DNA from: Epiperipatus broadwayi
Taxonomy: Eukaryota; Animalia; Onychophora
Assembly: GCA_028023455.1 (NCBI GenBank)
Contig: JAQFVV010000004.1
Span: 18,538,001 to 18,602,000, forward strand
Direction: 5' to 3'
Length of the DNA stretch: 64,000 bases
Positions 12,840-26,500 of the stretch are shown here, one piece after another. Below the pieces are notes generated by a model. It worked only from the letters and a program-made list of their open reading frames with translations, searched no databases and was not told the origin of the DNA. The position numbers and the translations under genes were made by a program. Every line of letters begins with the position of its first letter. The first letter of the stretch is position 1.

Positions 12840-13896
12840 TATAAATACTTATAAGACAGGCTTTAACCTCTATCAAATGCCCCTTGAAAATTTTATAATA
12901 GTCAAGCAATATTATTTTGCCAATAGAGGGACCTCCCAAATCATAACACATGATAGCAACTTTTTTAAAGATAAGAGCGGCTGTCTTATCTTTAACCTAA
13001 ATTTTTACTTATATAGGCCAATCTGAAGCATCCTGATCTGGGAGCGTGAAGTTGTTGTTTTCTTCACTGATTAAGTCCACAATTTCCTTCACCAATTAAC
13101 CTTTGCGGAAATCTTGTGATTTACAGTGAGTTAATGTTGCAATCTTAATAGTGGAAAATCTCTAAAGTATTGTAGAGTTGTAATTATAATTTTGTTGAGT
13201 GCACAGGAAGTATATGTAAATACTTATAAGACAGGCTTTAATCTGTATCAAATGCGCCTTGAAAATTTTATAATAGTCGAGCAATATTATTTTGCTGACA
13301 GAGAGATCTCAGTAGAAATTTAGGTTAAAGATAAGACGGCCGCTCTTTTCTTTATAAAAGTCGCTATTATGTGTCATAGTTTGGGAAATCCCTCTATCAG
13401 CAAAATAATATTACATGACTATTATAAAATTTTCAAGGTACATTCAATACAGTTTAAAGCCTGTCTTATGAGTATTTACATATACTTCCTGTGCGCTCAA
13501 CAAAATTATAATTACAACTCTACAATAGTTTATAGATTTTCCAGTATTAAGATCGCAACATTAACTCGCTGTAAATCACAAGATTTCGTGAATGTTAATT
13601 GGTAAAGGAAATTGTGGACTTAATCATTGAAGAGAACAACAATTTCACGCTCCCAGATCGGGATGCTTCAGATTGGCCTATATAAGTAGAAATTTAGGTT
13701 AAAGATAAGATTGCCACTCTTATCCTTATAAAAGTCACTATCATGTGTCATAGTTTGGTAGTTCCCTCTATCGGCAAAATAATATTGCTTGACTATTATG
13801 AAATTTTCAAGGCACATTTGATACAGGTTAAGGCTTGCCTTATAAGTATTTACAAATACTTCCTGTGCGCTCAACAGAATTATAATTACAACTCTA
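12840..13896. repeat. 375-bp satellite-like unit: 1.25 copies forward (12840-13305), then 1.55 copies inverted (13311-13896)
   Basis: aaatacttataagacagg at 12843 and 13218; agtagaaatttaggtt at 13311 and 13685. The reverse block is the complement of the forward block, with divergence. Confidence 0.9.
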
Positions 13897-15213
13897 AACT
13901 TTTATATTAGTTTGCAAAGTATTTACCAATATTAGAATATTTTATTTTATTAATGCTTTAATGTAAGTAAAACTTTATTTTTTTTTGCTTTTAAATAATG
14001 CCAGTAGTATTAATTTTGTGTGTTTGTGTGTGTGTGTGTAATTTGTCTATTGGAGTTTTCCATGTGGGAATAGATAATTAACAAAGCATTGAACTGATGG
14101 CACCTTATTTAGAAATAACATTATTATGATAAACTTATTTATTTGGTAATTGTGGATGTAGTTCAATCTGATTTCTCTGTTGGCTCCAATAGTCAATTAA
14201 TTTTTAATTTTATAAATATTTTTCCATGAGTGAATGGGATATTATGCTAATTACAAATTATAGTTCTCAGATCAGGAGCTAACTAACATTACTAGAATTC
14301 TTTATTTTTTTCTTGATTCCCATTAAACAGACTGGAATTAATGAAAATATCTAAATTTCAAAGAGAAATGTATGCCTCTATAAAATCTAATAATATTAGA
14401 TAAAATGGAAAGCAGCACATTCTAGAACAGCTGTAGAGTACTCCATGGCTAATATTTACCAGAAAGAAGACTGTATAATATAATTAAAGGCCTTTGCATA
14501 ATATATATATATATACCCCTGAAAAATATTAATATGGATTAACAGTTACATAGCATATATCAAAGAACATCTTTCTTTATTCCAGACTATTGGAGCAGTG
14601 TAGGAGGTAAAATATTTTTATCCATTAGCTCCAGATTACAACTAAATAACTTATTAAATCATGGGATTCAATTCAGTTATGCACTAAAATTATACAGTAA
14701 TAATCTTTCAGAGGAGCAAGACTTTAATAATGATTTAAAAAGATATTAATAATTATTACAAAAGGTGTGGATTAAGCAGATTAAGCTCCTTTCTAGTAAA
14801 AGTGAATTAAAAGATTTGCATATGGCTTAAATCAAGAAGAAAGTAGTTATTTCCAAGAAGAGAAACAATGTCTTACTTCTACAATAGTTTTATTTATGAA
14901 CATTACTATTTTTACTTTAATAATTAAACAAATAATGGACATTTTTTTTTCTTTTTTGCTATTTTTATGCATTTTTATCAAGGTCAAATATGAAATATCA
15001 ATAATTGTTTTTAGGAGAAACTTTATTTGGTATTATATATCAATTATTACATCACATTATCCTACAGTGTTGCAGAAGTCTGATCAGTGTAACAATTATT
15101 ATAATTATATAACTTTTTATTCATATATTGAATTATTTCAATTTAATTTTTATACCTATCTATGCTTTATGTTTTAAATAGAAACAAAAAAAATATTGTT
15201 TGTTTGATTTCAG

Positions 15214-15445
15214 TGTTGATAAGGTTTGGTTTGAATTGACTAATGTTCTGTCAGGATTATTCTGTGCATCTTTGAATTTCATTGATTCCAGTGTAAGTAT
15301 AACTCCGCAAGTAGCTTTTAGACCTCAAGGTGTACTTTCCAAAAAATTAAACTCATCATATGTGCGATATGCTACTTTACCACGAGAAATAGTTTGTACT
15401 GAAAATTTAACACCATGGAAAAAACTTCTTCCTTGCCATTCTCGG
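15214..15445 (+). CDS. PIGT: PIGT exon: [26 protein letters not shown]...[26 protein letters not shown]
   Basis: tttcag acceptor, gtgagt donor at 15446. Contains the [15 protein letters not shown] and [19 protein letters not shown] motifs of PIGT/Gpi16. Phase matches the previous exon. Confidence 0.97.
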
Positions 15446-17100
15446 GTGAGTTATCTATTTTAAGTTAATTAAAATTTGTATTAAAAATAAATTAAAAAGA
15501 ATAATTTTATATAAGTAAAATTGTTCATCAAATTGTTATTATTTGCTGATTTGAAGTTTAACATCAAAAATGCATACTATATTGTAAATTTTTGTGAAAT
15601 GTAATTCTTAGAATATTTAAATTCTAGTTGGTTAAGAGCATTTCACAAATATTATTGTTAAAATTAATGTTTCAATCACTATTTTTTTAAAAACCATCAT
15701 TTATTTTTTACTAGCTCATGACACACAATGTATGCATATATATATATTATAACAGGAACTACCTACCCATAACTACTGAGTTCAAACTCTGTAAACTCAC
15801 CTAGCAGATAAGGCAGAGTGAAATAATTAATTTCACTAATTATTATTAAAAACGGCAGTAAACTGACAGCTATCAGTTATATTTCCTTACTTGGATAACC
15901 ATCTCCTCCAGGTTTGGTCAGGCTTATCCAAAATAGAGCATTTTATAAAGCCCAAAAGCTTTAAGCTCCACTTTCATAGAAAGATGCCCTACAAGACCCT
16001 TTATTGAAAGACACACCCAATTTTCCCTTACAGATTATTCCATATGCTAGCTCTCTTACTCTTATTTCTCAAGGTGAATAGCCTATCTTACAATAAATAT
16101 ACATATAATTCATGAACTATGGAGTGAATTGAGCCAAATATTGAACACCAGTTCTTGATCAATTTTCTTAATCTTAATTAGAAATATTAAAAGAAACAAA
16201 CAGAAATAATTATAATAAAAATACACAAGAAGAAAAAAAATCTAATCTATAATACATTCCCTCCCTTATAATTCATTACTGCACAATAAGAGCACACACC
16301 CTCCCTTTTATTAGTTTCTTACTGTATACATTCCTACCGCAACTTTGTGGGCACATAATACACACATATAAAATAATAAACACATAAAAAAAATATAGAT
16401 ATATATAATACCCATGCTGATCGGTGATATTACACCAGAGGAAAAAATAGCGCGATATATTTCAATTCATGTTTTCTACACATTAACAAATAAACATAAA
16501 AAATTATATACATCTTTAACTCTATACGCATATATACATTTGCATACATAGCCTCATTTTGCTAAGATATTACTTTCTTAACTAAATAAAAAAAAAATTA
16601 TACACCCAGGTCTCATTTTATGCGGATTTATTTAATGCGATTTTTAAGTTATGCGAGTCATGTTTTTTTTAATATCTTTGTATGCAGTTTTCTTTTATGT
16701 GATAAAAATTATTAGATCAGAAGTCGAGCTCCGATAATGGCGCTATTACTTTAAATATTATAAATTTCACGCATTCACGTCATATTTAAAGTAATAGCGC
16801 ATTATCGTAGTTCGATTTCCATCTAATAATTTCAATATTTTCAGCGCTTTATAATAGTACAGTAATAGATTTTATGCAATAAAGTTCATAATTCACTTAA
16901 AATCATGATTTCCCCATTTTATATACATGCATTAAATTTTATAAGACTATAATGTAAATCTGTTCAAATGTTATAGATGAAAAATATTATGTATGTTGTT
17001 TTTGCATTTTAAATCACGTTCTATTTTTGCTTTTTATAAAAAGAGTACGTAATCAATTAATCATTTAGTGTCCGCAAGTTTATTTTTAAAAGGTGAGTAA

Positions 17101-17308
17101 CAGTGGTGGGCACAATTAAATTTGGCAATTAAAATCTGATTTTTAATTGTAATTAACAATTTAAAAATTACGTAACGTGATCTGAAATTAATATGATGTG
17201 AAACGATGAAATTTGATTTTTAAACGGGATTGAAAATTAAAAAATTAAAGACAAAAATAAGAATTTAATTTTTAATTGTTACTTTTAATTAAATTTTGCC
17301 CAACAGTG
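17101..17308. mobile_element. hAT-like MITE nested in the element above
   Basis: TIRs cagtggtgggcacaattaaatt / aattaaattttgcccaacagtg; flanking 8-mers gtgagtaa and gtgagtcg (6/8 TSD). Confidence 0.65.
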
Positions 17309-17359
17309 GTGAGTCGGTGACTTTTTATTATCGTAAGGCTAAGTTCTTATTTTTATTTT

Positions 17360-17550
17360 AAACTTTTAGTTTATCCTAATGGAGAGGAAAAAACACCCAA
17401 GAAAATGAATTTCTTTGGAAACAAAAATTTCAATTTCAGATCGCTTAGCAAAATGGGAAGGATCAATAACGATTGGAAAATGTTTTAGTTGTATTTCCTT
17501 TTGACTTCGTTTAAGGAGAAGCTACAGTACCTCACATCACATCACATCAT
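17360..17550 (+). mobile_element. Short 3' end of the (CACAT)n-tailed LINE family
   Basis: ttgacttcgtttaaggagaagc..acagtac.tcacatcacatc is nearly identical to the ends at 37820-37860 and 38195-38235. The 5' boundary is approximate. Confidence 0.6.
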
Positions 17551-20329
17551 GATAAATCTGATGTCTCAAATAGCGATAATAATTAAAATACCGTACATAT
17601 ATGAAAAAAATGTAAATTATGCATAAAAATATATTGTTTTGAATACAATTAAATACTGTAGTTAATAAAAAAAGTAAAAAAAGTTTGTCTTGTATCAATT
17701 TTTTTCAAATTTGAAATTTTTTATTAGTCATATTTTATTTTATTATTATTTTTTTTTTATGCGAATTTTAAAGTAATTTTACGTTGTTGCTTTGCTTTTA
17801 TGCGATTTTTGGAAAATTACAGTACGTATCCCCCATTTTTCAAGGTAAGTTAAGTCTATTTTTGTATGATTTCTTTTGTGCGTATTTTCTGAGGAACCTA
17901 TCTACCACATAAAACGTGACCCAGGTGTATACATCTTTATCTAACTATATGCATTCATACATTCATATATGTATAGTTTAATTTTATTAAGACATTAATA
18001 TCTTAAATAAATACAAAAAACATATTATCTAACTAGGCAGACACCATGTATATAGCTTAATTTGGGCAAAATTTTAATTTCTGAAAACTATATATTTCAA
18101 AAATAAAAAAAGACCAGTAATAATGAATTTAATTATTCTTTCCTTGCATATACTAATGGATGGGAGGGGATTGTATATTTAATTTCTACTTTCTAAATAT
18201 TTCAGACTCATCTGCAATACTCATTCATAGGAGACATTACATAATGCTGGTTACTATGATGACCATTTCCCCCTTCTCAGCTAAAACAAAATTTCCCTGG
18301 TGTGTTCTCACTTAAAAAGCTCTATTGAAATATGCAGTAGCAAACAGGAGAAACATGATTTAATTCAGCCACATTTTCATGCTAAGCAGGGTTCAGCATA
18401 ACTACATTTTACATGGTGACCATTTGAAGATTAGATCTGATGCATTTGATGACCTTATATTCCATTTTCTTTGGTTTACTAAACTGGCTGCATCATCTTT
18501 TGTTAAGTATCAAAAAATGGATTCCGAGAGTTATCCAAGAATTTTTTTTACTGACTCTGCACTAATTGATGACTGAATTTTTCTGCTGGCTTTCTGATTG
18601 TCACTTCTTTCTATGACTGCCAACTTCGCTCCGACTGATCACTATGCACACCAAAGAACAAAAATGTTGTAATCTTTTATCTTTGATCTAAATTAATTTA
18701 TTTTTCTAATCAGCTTGCAGATGAGTTTTTAATCTTTACACAAAAAAAAAATTCAAGAATTGTTTTATAAAACACTTTACCAATTAAATTAAATTTTGAT
18801 AACATATCTTGATACATCTAAAAAAAAAATAATTAAAACAAAATTATATCAAAGAGACAAAACCTATAATTACTCACAAAAAAGAATTAGAAGAATTTGG
18901 ATATAACAATGTCTAATTAGACTCCAAAATAATTAAACACTGTTAAAATTTTTTGCACTAAATATTTGTACCCAAGGACAATTGATGCTTTTTAGTATTT
19001 ATATTTTTCTTTATGTACCAATTTAATTAAATGAACTAGCATTTTAATTTTTTTTTTTTTTGTTGGACATACAAAAAAAATGTAAGACACATCAGAAAAA
19101 ATTTATTAACAAAAATTATTATCACACAAAAAAAATAAACAATTGCAATATGTACATATTCTACTACCTATATATGGGATATAATATATATATATATATA
19201 TATATTGTAACATAATGCCCATGAATGTCCCTTTTGGTTCTTAAATTATATTTATACTCTTACATTTTATAAGTGAACTAACAATTAAATACAGTCCTAA
19301 CTGACCAAAACTTGTGATGGGGGTTTGATTAGCAGTTACCATCATAATACCCCCACTTTTAATGATGGCCTGAAATGTGTGCTAACCCTTTTCATGGTTC
19401 TCACTATTAGTCCAAATTATCTTTCTTCATGATTGCCCTACTTTATTCACTTAAGAGTATTATCATGAGCCAACTACACATATTAGCCTGTTTTAGAATA
19501 CTAAGCTGCAATTCAGAATGAACATAGCTTTTAATATATTTCAATCAAAGATGGATACATGGAAAGGGTGCTTTTATATTTTCAATAACATCCTAGTTTT
19601 GTGATGTTAGAGAAAGTTAACCAATAAATAAGGGAAATATATGATCTTAGAAACATTTGGAATAATGATTAAACAAAGATAATTTATATCAAGAAAACTT
19701 AAGATATGGAATTTTTGAGCCACATTATCTTGAATATGGACAAATTATCTCATGAATCTAGCTTATAATTGCAGTTTAGCAGTATAGCTTTGCCACCTAA
19801 TGTAATAAGCTTTAGTAACTAGATGCCAGATGATGTTGCAGAAGCTTATATTATTATTTATAATAATGGTAAAAGAAAAGGAGTATGCTCACTAAAAATA
19901 GCAAGTTACAATCATTTTAGAGAGTTAGAGCCATAATGCATGTCAAAAGTTCCAATTCATTGAAATAACTACAGATTTCTTTAAACATAATTATTATTTT
20001 TTTGACTATTCTTAAAATTGAAGCTCATATCGCTACTCCACTTTACAATCTTCTGAGAAAGAGGAAAAAGATATGCAAGTGGAAGTGATTCATCTAACTA
20101 ACTCACTGCTATTCTTCAGTAATTTATTAATCTATTATAATGGAGATTTAGAATAACTGTAGTAACAATTGCATCTGCATATGGAATTATTGCATTGATC
20201 ATCTTAAGATTATTGATTGTGAAAGATCAGTATATCATATATTTTGACAAGGCTGATCATTAGTAAGATGATTACTTCATATGTCACAACTCTAAATTGA
20301 TGTGTTTAATTTGTAGCAATATAGTGGCC

Positions 20330-22217
20330 ACATTTAAGGAGTACATCATGAAAAACATCACCAAGAAGTACATGCTGAATACATAAATTTCAATAAAGAA
20401 GTAAGAAAATCTAAATTTATTATGCTTAAATAACAACTAAATGCTCAGCAAATGGCATTCAGAACAACATTACAACAAACGTCCGATAGTATAAAGGCAT
20501 GCTATTCATTTGCCTTCTTGCCTGCAAAAAAAAAAAATGAAGCCAATTTCAAATAGTGAACTAATGAAACAGTGTTTAGAAATAGTCATAAAAGATGTTT
20601 TGCCAGAAAAGATAAAAATATTGCAAGCATCAGTTCATTACGCCAAACCATATGTCAGCATATTGATGATATTGCAGCTGAAATTCAACTGTATTTATGA
20701 GATTAAATACAGAGTTTTAAAGTTTATTGTTTTAGCATTCAATGAGACCATGAATAGTTCTAATACAGCTCAGCTTGTGGTATTTGTTCATGGTATAAAT
20801 GTTGGTTTTCAAGTAACTGAAAAAATGTGAAATCTTTTAAACATAAAGGATATCAATAGAGGAGATACTTTCCAGTCAACTGAAAATTATCTTATCCAAA
20901 ATAACTTGAATTTCAAAGTACTTTCAGGGATAATAACAGATGGAGCATTGACTATGACTGGTAAAAATAAGGTAGCTTTAACATTTCTTGTGAATAAGCT
21001 GGAATCGAAAACCATTGAAAGCAGTGATGTATTTGTTATTCTCTGCTTGATGCTTCCGTAAAATTTATGTGTGCATAAGTGTTATCCATGAATCACTCTA
21101 TGAATGTTGTTACGTTCAATCTCGTGTGTTTCAGCATTAACAATTTAACGAATTTCTTATCAAATTAGATTGAGAATATGAGGATATATTTTACCAATGT
21201 TAAGTGGCTAAGTCGATGAATGTGTCTGAAATGATTTTTTTGACTCATGGGGATATATTCATGATGAGAAAAAAAAAAGATTCCTGAATTAAGAAATGGG
21301 GATTAGTTGTCAGATCTATATTTTTAGTACATCTAACTGAAACTTAATCAACTCAATAAAGAGTTGCAAGGGGATAATCTAATAATTGATGCTTGTAATT
21401 ATATAAATGCTTTTTCACAAAAATTTTTTGCCATTTGCAAATCAGCATTGAAATAATAATGCTATATATATTTCCTTCTGTTAAATAATTTCAATAAATT
21501 AAAAATTTCTCAAAATATGCGGATGAAATAAAAAATCTATAATCTGTGTTTGATAGTCATTTCTCAGATTTAAAAAAATATGACAAAATATATATTGAAA
21601 TAATGTCTTTTCTATAATGTTAACATGCTCACTGTTTCTGAAAACCTGCAAATGGAATTAAACTTTCAGTGCAATGCTGAATTAAAACGCATTTTTGGAA
21701 TAACATCAAAATTAAATATAACACATATGTCATATCTGAAAAATATCCCAATTTTAAAAATTTTGCATAAAGAATTGTGCTTTTCGATCTTATATTTATG
21801 AAAATCTACTAAATCAGTTAAGATGTGCTACAATAAACATATAACCAGATTTAAAAAAATTGAGTCAAAAACAATTATTACGTTAATGTAGTTTATTTGA
21901 TTTTGTATTTGTTTATGTGCATTAATAGCTCTGTCCAACAATTATTTGTACTCATATTTTTTAAAAGCATGTAGAGATATTGGCTTTGACATGGCCAGAA
22001 TTTTCTCTTGGGGTCGCTTTTCTAAACATACAAAATATCTTACGTTATTATATGCAATATACTACAAAAATTCCTATCCATACTAGTCTTTTGGGTGTGG
22101 GGATTGAAACCCAAACTCTTTTGGTGCATTTCTGAAAATAAATATAAATGGCATGCAGCCCACGAAAATGCAACTTGTGACCAAGTTGTGAAGATATTTG
22201 GACTGGCCAGAGACCTG
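20330..22217 (+). mobile_element. Decayed hAT transposon (GTF2IRD2/Charlie/SPIN-type transposase remnant)
   Basis: Peptides KPISNSELMKQCL, AFNETMNSSNTAQLVVFVHGIN (LDESTD..DTAQL-like), TDGALTMTGKNK and ELQGDN occur in broken frames. Probable right end ..gacctg followed by ctttagag. Left end not found. Confidence 0.75.
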
Positions 22218-22449
22218 CTTTAGAGGCAGTTGTTGTTATGACAACAGATGCATGCTCTGTATGGGTAGACTATCAACTGTTGAAGAATACTAGCTCTAAA
22301 AAAACAATGAAAAGACCTTTTTTGCATATTTCTGCACTTTTTCAGTTTTATAATGCTGTTTTGTTTTGATTTTTAAATAAATATTTTTAGTTAATATATA
22401 TTTTTTATCTATACATCCATTGCTTTCCACTAGTCCCTCATAGAAAAGG

Positions 22450-22840
22450 CAGGCTTTTTAATTTCCAAGTGGTGAGGATTTGAGTTTTTCCATCCTTGTT
22501 TATGTATTAGAATAGCTAAATACTTATTTACTGACCAGCTAGATTGGTTATGAATTAATTACTTTAGAGAAAAATGTTGAGCCGCTTGCAGGGCAAAGGC
22601 TTCTCCAACATCTTATGGAGGAACAACGATGGAGAAGATAGTATTCATCAGGCCTGTCAATTAACAGGCAATGAAGTTTGAATAATTTTTCATACTTATG
22701 TGGTTGAATTAGTTGAGTGGATTATAGATCAATTAACGAAGAGAAAAATCCTAAATTTCTTGAAAAGAATTTCATTGGCCTAGAACTGAACACCACATTA
22801 TAAGCATGGCAGGCAAATGTGCTATCTTTGCACCATGAAT
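22450..22840 (-). mobile_element. SINE copy (same family as 32012-32426)
   Basis: The reverse complement aligns along about 390 bp with 32012-32426, including the tRNA-like head. Confidence 0.7.
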
Positions 22841-23421
22841 CTTTTTTAAATAAGTGCTAATAGCCTTTTCAATAATTTGAGAAGATATTTTTAGGTTTGC
22901 CTCAGGCATGAAAATTGATTAGCCTGACCATCCTTTATCATTAGGTTTACTATCTGAATTTTGTTACATAATAGCTTTTGATTGTAAGAGATCAGAGATT
23001 TTGCCAATAATCAATTTATTTATGTCATTCATTAAAAATAACATATATCGAAATGTTCTCAAGTGATTTTAAAAAGTTTGAGCAGCGGAAATGCCAGCAC
23101 CAGAAATGATCCTAGGATCCTATGTTCCAGAGTCTAATTCTCTATCACTGCTAAGTCACAGAGGGATCTATAAGTATCATAAAAGTAATTATTACAATTG
23201 CATTGTATTATATTTGTTTTTGACTAATAAAACATTTATTTCAAACAAAAGCAAAGATATCGAAGCAGAACTAAGCAAGGATGATATGAAATTATTTCAT
23301 GCATTTTTTATGTTAAAAATTACATTTTAGTCTTTAATATCTTGTATAATTTACTTATGAGCTAGAAAATATTTTACTTTGAATTGTTCTAATGGTATAA
23401 TTTTTTTTTTTTTCATTTTAG

Positions 23422-23508
23422 GCTGGTCTTTCAACACTTCTTAGTGCTACTAAACTGTATAATACTAATTTTCATTCCCTTGGCATTCATGTTCGGCCCA
23501 TTTGCCAG
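23422..23508 (+). CDS. PIGT: PIGT exon: AGLSTLLSATKLYNTNFHSLGIHVRPICQ
   Basis: tttag acceptor, gtatgc donor; 87 nt, phase 0/0. Aligns with PIGT AGLSVLL..LFHTSYHSQAVHIRPVC. Not in the ORF track. Confidence 0.93.
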
Positions 23509-26500
23509 GTATGCTATATTAAAAATTTATTTCTAAGTTAACTTTCAATTTGTAGTTCTTTTTAATTATATATCTTATTAATAGTTATTTAAAATGTCTT
23601 CTTCATTAATATAATTATATATTCAGTTTTTGTTCTATCTATTTATCTTTTCAGCTGTTTTTTTTTTTATTTATGTTTTCCAAAATTTTTTTTTTATCTT
23701 TAGTCTTCATTTAATACCCCCCCCCCTTTCAATATTTTTTCAATTATCTGTTATTAAAATATATTATGTTGTTGTTATTATTACTTTTTAATTAATTCAT
23801 TCTTTATTAAAAAAAATTTTTTTTTTTTTAGAATAGTTCATTATTACAAACTTCAGTGTTTATTGTTATAATTACTGATTTATAAGATAATTATATAGAA
23901 ATTGGATGTTTCTATGGGGAAATGGAAATGTTAATAAGGATAATGTTTGTAACAAGAATAAAGAATCAGCAGATTATCAATAGATCAAATATAGATAACG
24001 TATAATTACCAGCAATTAATCAACAATAGTCATCCTTTGTGATTAGATTCAGAAGAGTTGTATTATAAAATCTTAGTTAATTATCATCAAGCCATTGCCA
24101 TACATAGATATAATATTATAAAGGAGCAGTCAATAATATTTCTATTGCATGTATATACATAAGTGCTAAAAAATATATAAAACTAACGTCAAAAAAATGT
24201 TGGGATCATTATATCAATGCTGATTACGATTAGTGCTCCTGGGCATCAGATACCATAAGTGTACTAACTATCAATAAACTAACTTATCGCCATATAACAT
24301 TTAAATAAAATGAAGTGTATGGACTTTTATTATCTTAGTACTGTTAAATAATTCTAAGAAGAATTATGTAGATATCTATGCATACACTATAGTCCCCAAC
24401 TATCTTGGGATCACCATGACCCTGATTACTATGAACAAAAGAATATACCTAATAATTAATCTGGTATTAATTAACTTTACTGGAATAATAATAAATAAAT
24501 GAAAAATCTGATAAATATTGTTCATTACAAATAGATCGTTCTGATTTTAACTTATAAATGTCAGATATTCTTTCTATAAACTGAAAAAAAAAAAGTAATA
24601 AATGTCAATATTGCTTAAATTACAACTTAGAAAAATATTTAAATTCTAGGTTGTCTAAAATAACATGAATATATATATATATAAAATTGTAATGGTATGG
24701 AAAAATAGGGGTGAACCTGAGATGATTGCATTCTTCATCATCAATCCCAAGTCAATACAAAATTTAAATATACAAATAATATAAGGAATGAGCATGAGAG
24801 ATCATGATAGAAACTATCTATAAGTTCTCCAGCAGAACCCAAAAGCAAGAAACTTTCATCATCATTTATGATCAACAATAAAAATAAATCAATAGTCAAT
24901 ATTGTGACTGGATTTGAAATGGGTCTACTGTAGACCATGCTAATTATTTAGCCCTTCCCAGCTTGGAGCAGATTATTTAAATAATTATTTGAATGCATAA
25001 ACTTAAGTGCTACTCCATCAGAATATATAATAATAAAAACAATAATGCTGGGATACTAAACCATGCTGATCATCATCAATGCTCTGGCTACTTAGTACCA
25101 TTAATATACTGGCCAATTACTACCATTAATATACTGGCCAATTATAAACTCAATTTCTAAATAAATAATTAAAATGATATGCAGTGCATGGACTTTAAAG
25201 GATATCCCCTTTGTGACATCTTCCATTAGAGAATTAATCAAATAATCATTAACTGGATGTCCATAAACACTAAATATAAATCTCTTTTAAATAATAGACC
25301 GTTATGCACGAATCTCGCTCAGTGAGCAAAAGCTTTATAACTTACTATGATCAAGAGATATAATACATCATATAACAATTTATAATATTTTAGGATTAAA
25401 TAAATTTATTGGAATAATTTGAACAGTAAAATATAAATTTATTAATAACAATTAAATTAAAATGAAATTACGGTCAGTTGAATACAGCTATACATATAAA
25501 TTAAGCCTTCTGATTTTGATTAATACAAAAGCTATCACATTGTGGCTTACAAATATGTTTCAATAGGATTACATAAAACACACGTAAAAGCACTAGACAT
25601 GTGGTATAATAATTTATGAACATATTTGAAGTTTCATAAACTTATAAATGAAATTCATTTTTATAATACTTAATTAATGACTGACTAAACATATATATGT
25701 GTGCGCATTGGTATTTGTAAAAAAAAACAATAAACCATATATTTTCTCAACACACAATTAATACTCCAGCAAGTTCTTTTGTTCAATATCGAAAGATTTT
25801 TGGAGTTATCCTTTTTAAATAAAGTATACTGGAAAAACATCTTATGTTTTAGTTGAATAAAGTTATTTGCTTTTAAAAAAAATTAATTTAAAAATTACAA
25901 CTTTCATTTTCAAGAAATTATTTAAAATAATATTCTCAATATATATAACTCACTCTGCTCACCAGCTGTACTTTATATATATATATGATGCAGTACCTTT
26001 TATGTGTGCTTCTCTGCATATAGATAAAACAGTATACATATAAACTAATTCTTCAATAAGCTGATAGACTCTCTTGATAAGTTGGTCTCTTTTAAAACAT
26101 AGACTAGTTTATTGTCATCTTTAGGAAAAGTATAATCTGGTAACTGTTGACATACATTTAGTCTAGAATTTGATAGACCCCAGGCATATTGGCTAGTACA
26201 TAATATATACAGGCTAATGAACCATAGAGAAGCTGGTTGCCTTCATGTGTATTAAAACTCCTCCAATGTTACACTAGCAGCAGCCAGATCCACTGTTCTT
26301 TACCTTCAGTTATAACTTCATAGTCATCATGCTATCACAATATGTAAAAACTAAAACTCTCCTCTAATTTTTTCCAACCTTTTTATAGTCAGGATGGAAT
26401 TTAAAAAAACATGTAATTAAAATTTTTTTTATCTTGATTAAAAAAGTTAATGACTCTTTTCAATTCATTTTAATCTTTTCAAAAACAACCCTGTAGAATT

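Larger units (their letters stand above)
16603..17927. mobile_element. Non-autonomous Tc1/mariner (pogo/Tigger-like) element with TA target duplication and an internal hairpin (16709-16830)
   Basis: Left end ta|cacccaggtctcattttatgcgg versus reverse complement of right end ta|cacctgggtcacgttttatgtgg; both flanked by TA. No transposase ORF. Confidence 0.65.

Noticed and set aside
18200-18660. Possible piggyBac-like N-terminal remnant on the minus strand
   Set aside because: Only vague peptide resemblance; no TTAA-flanked TIRs identified.
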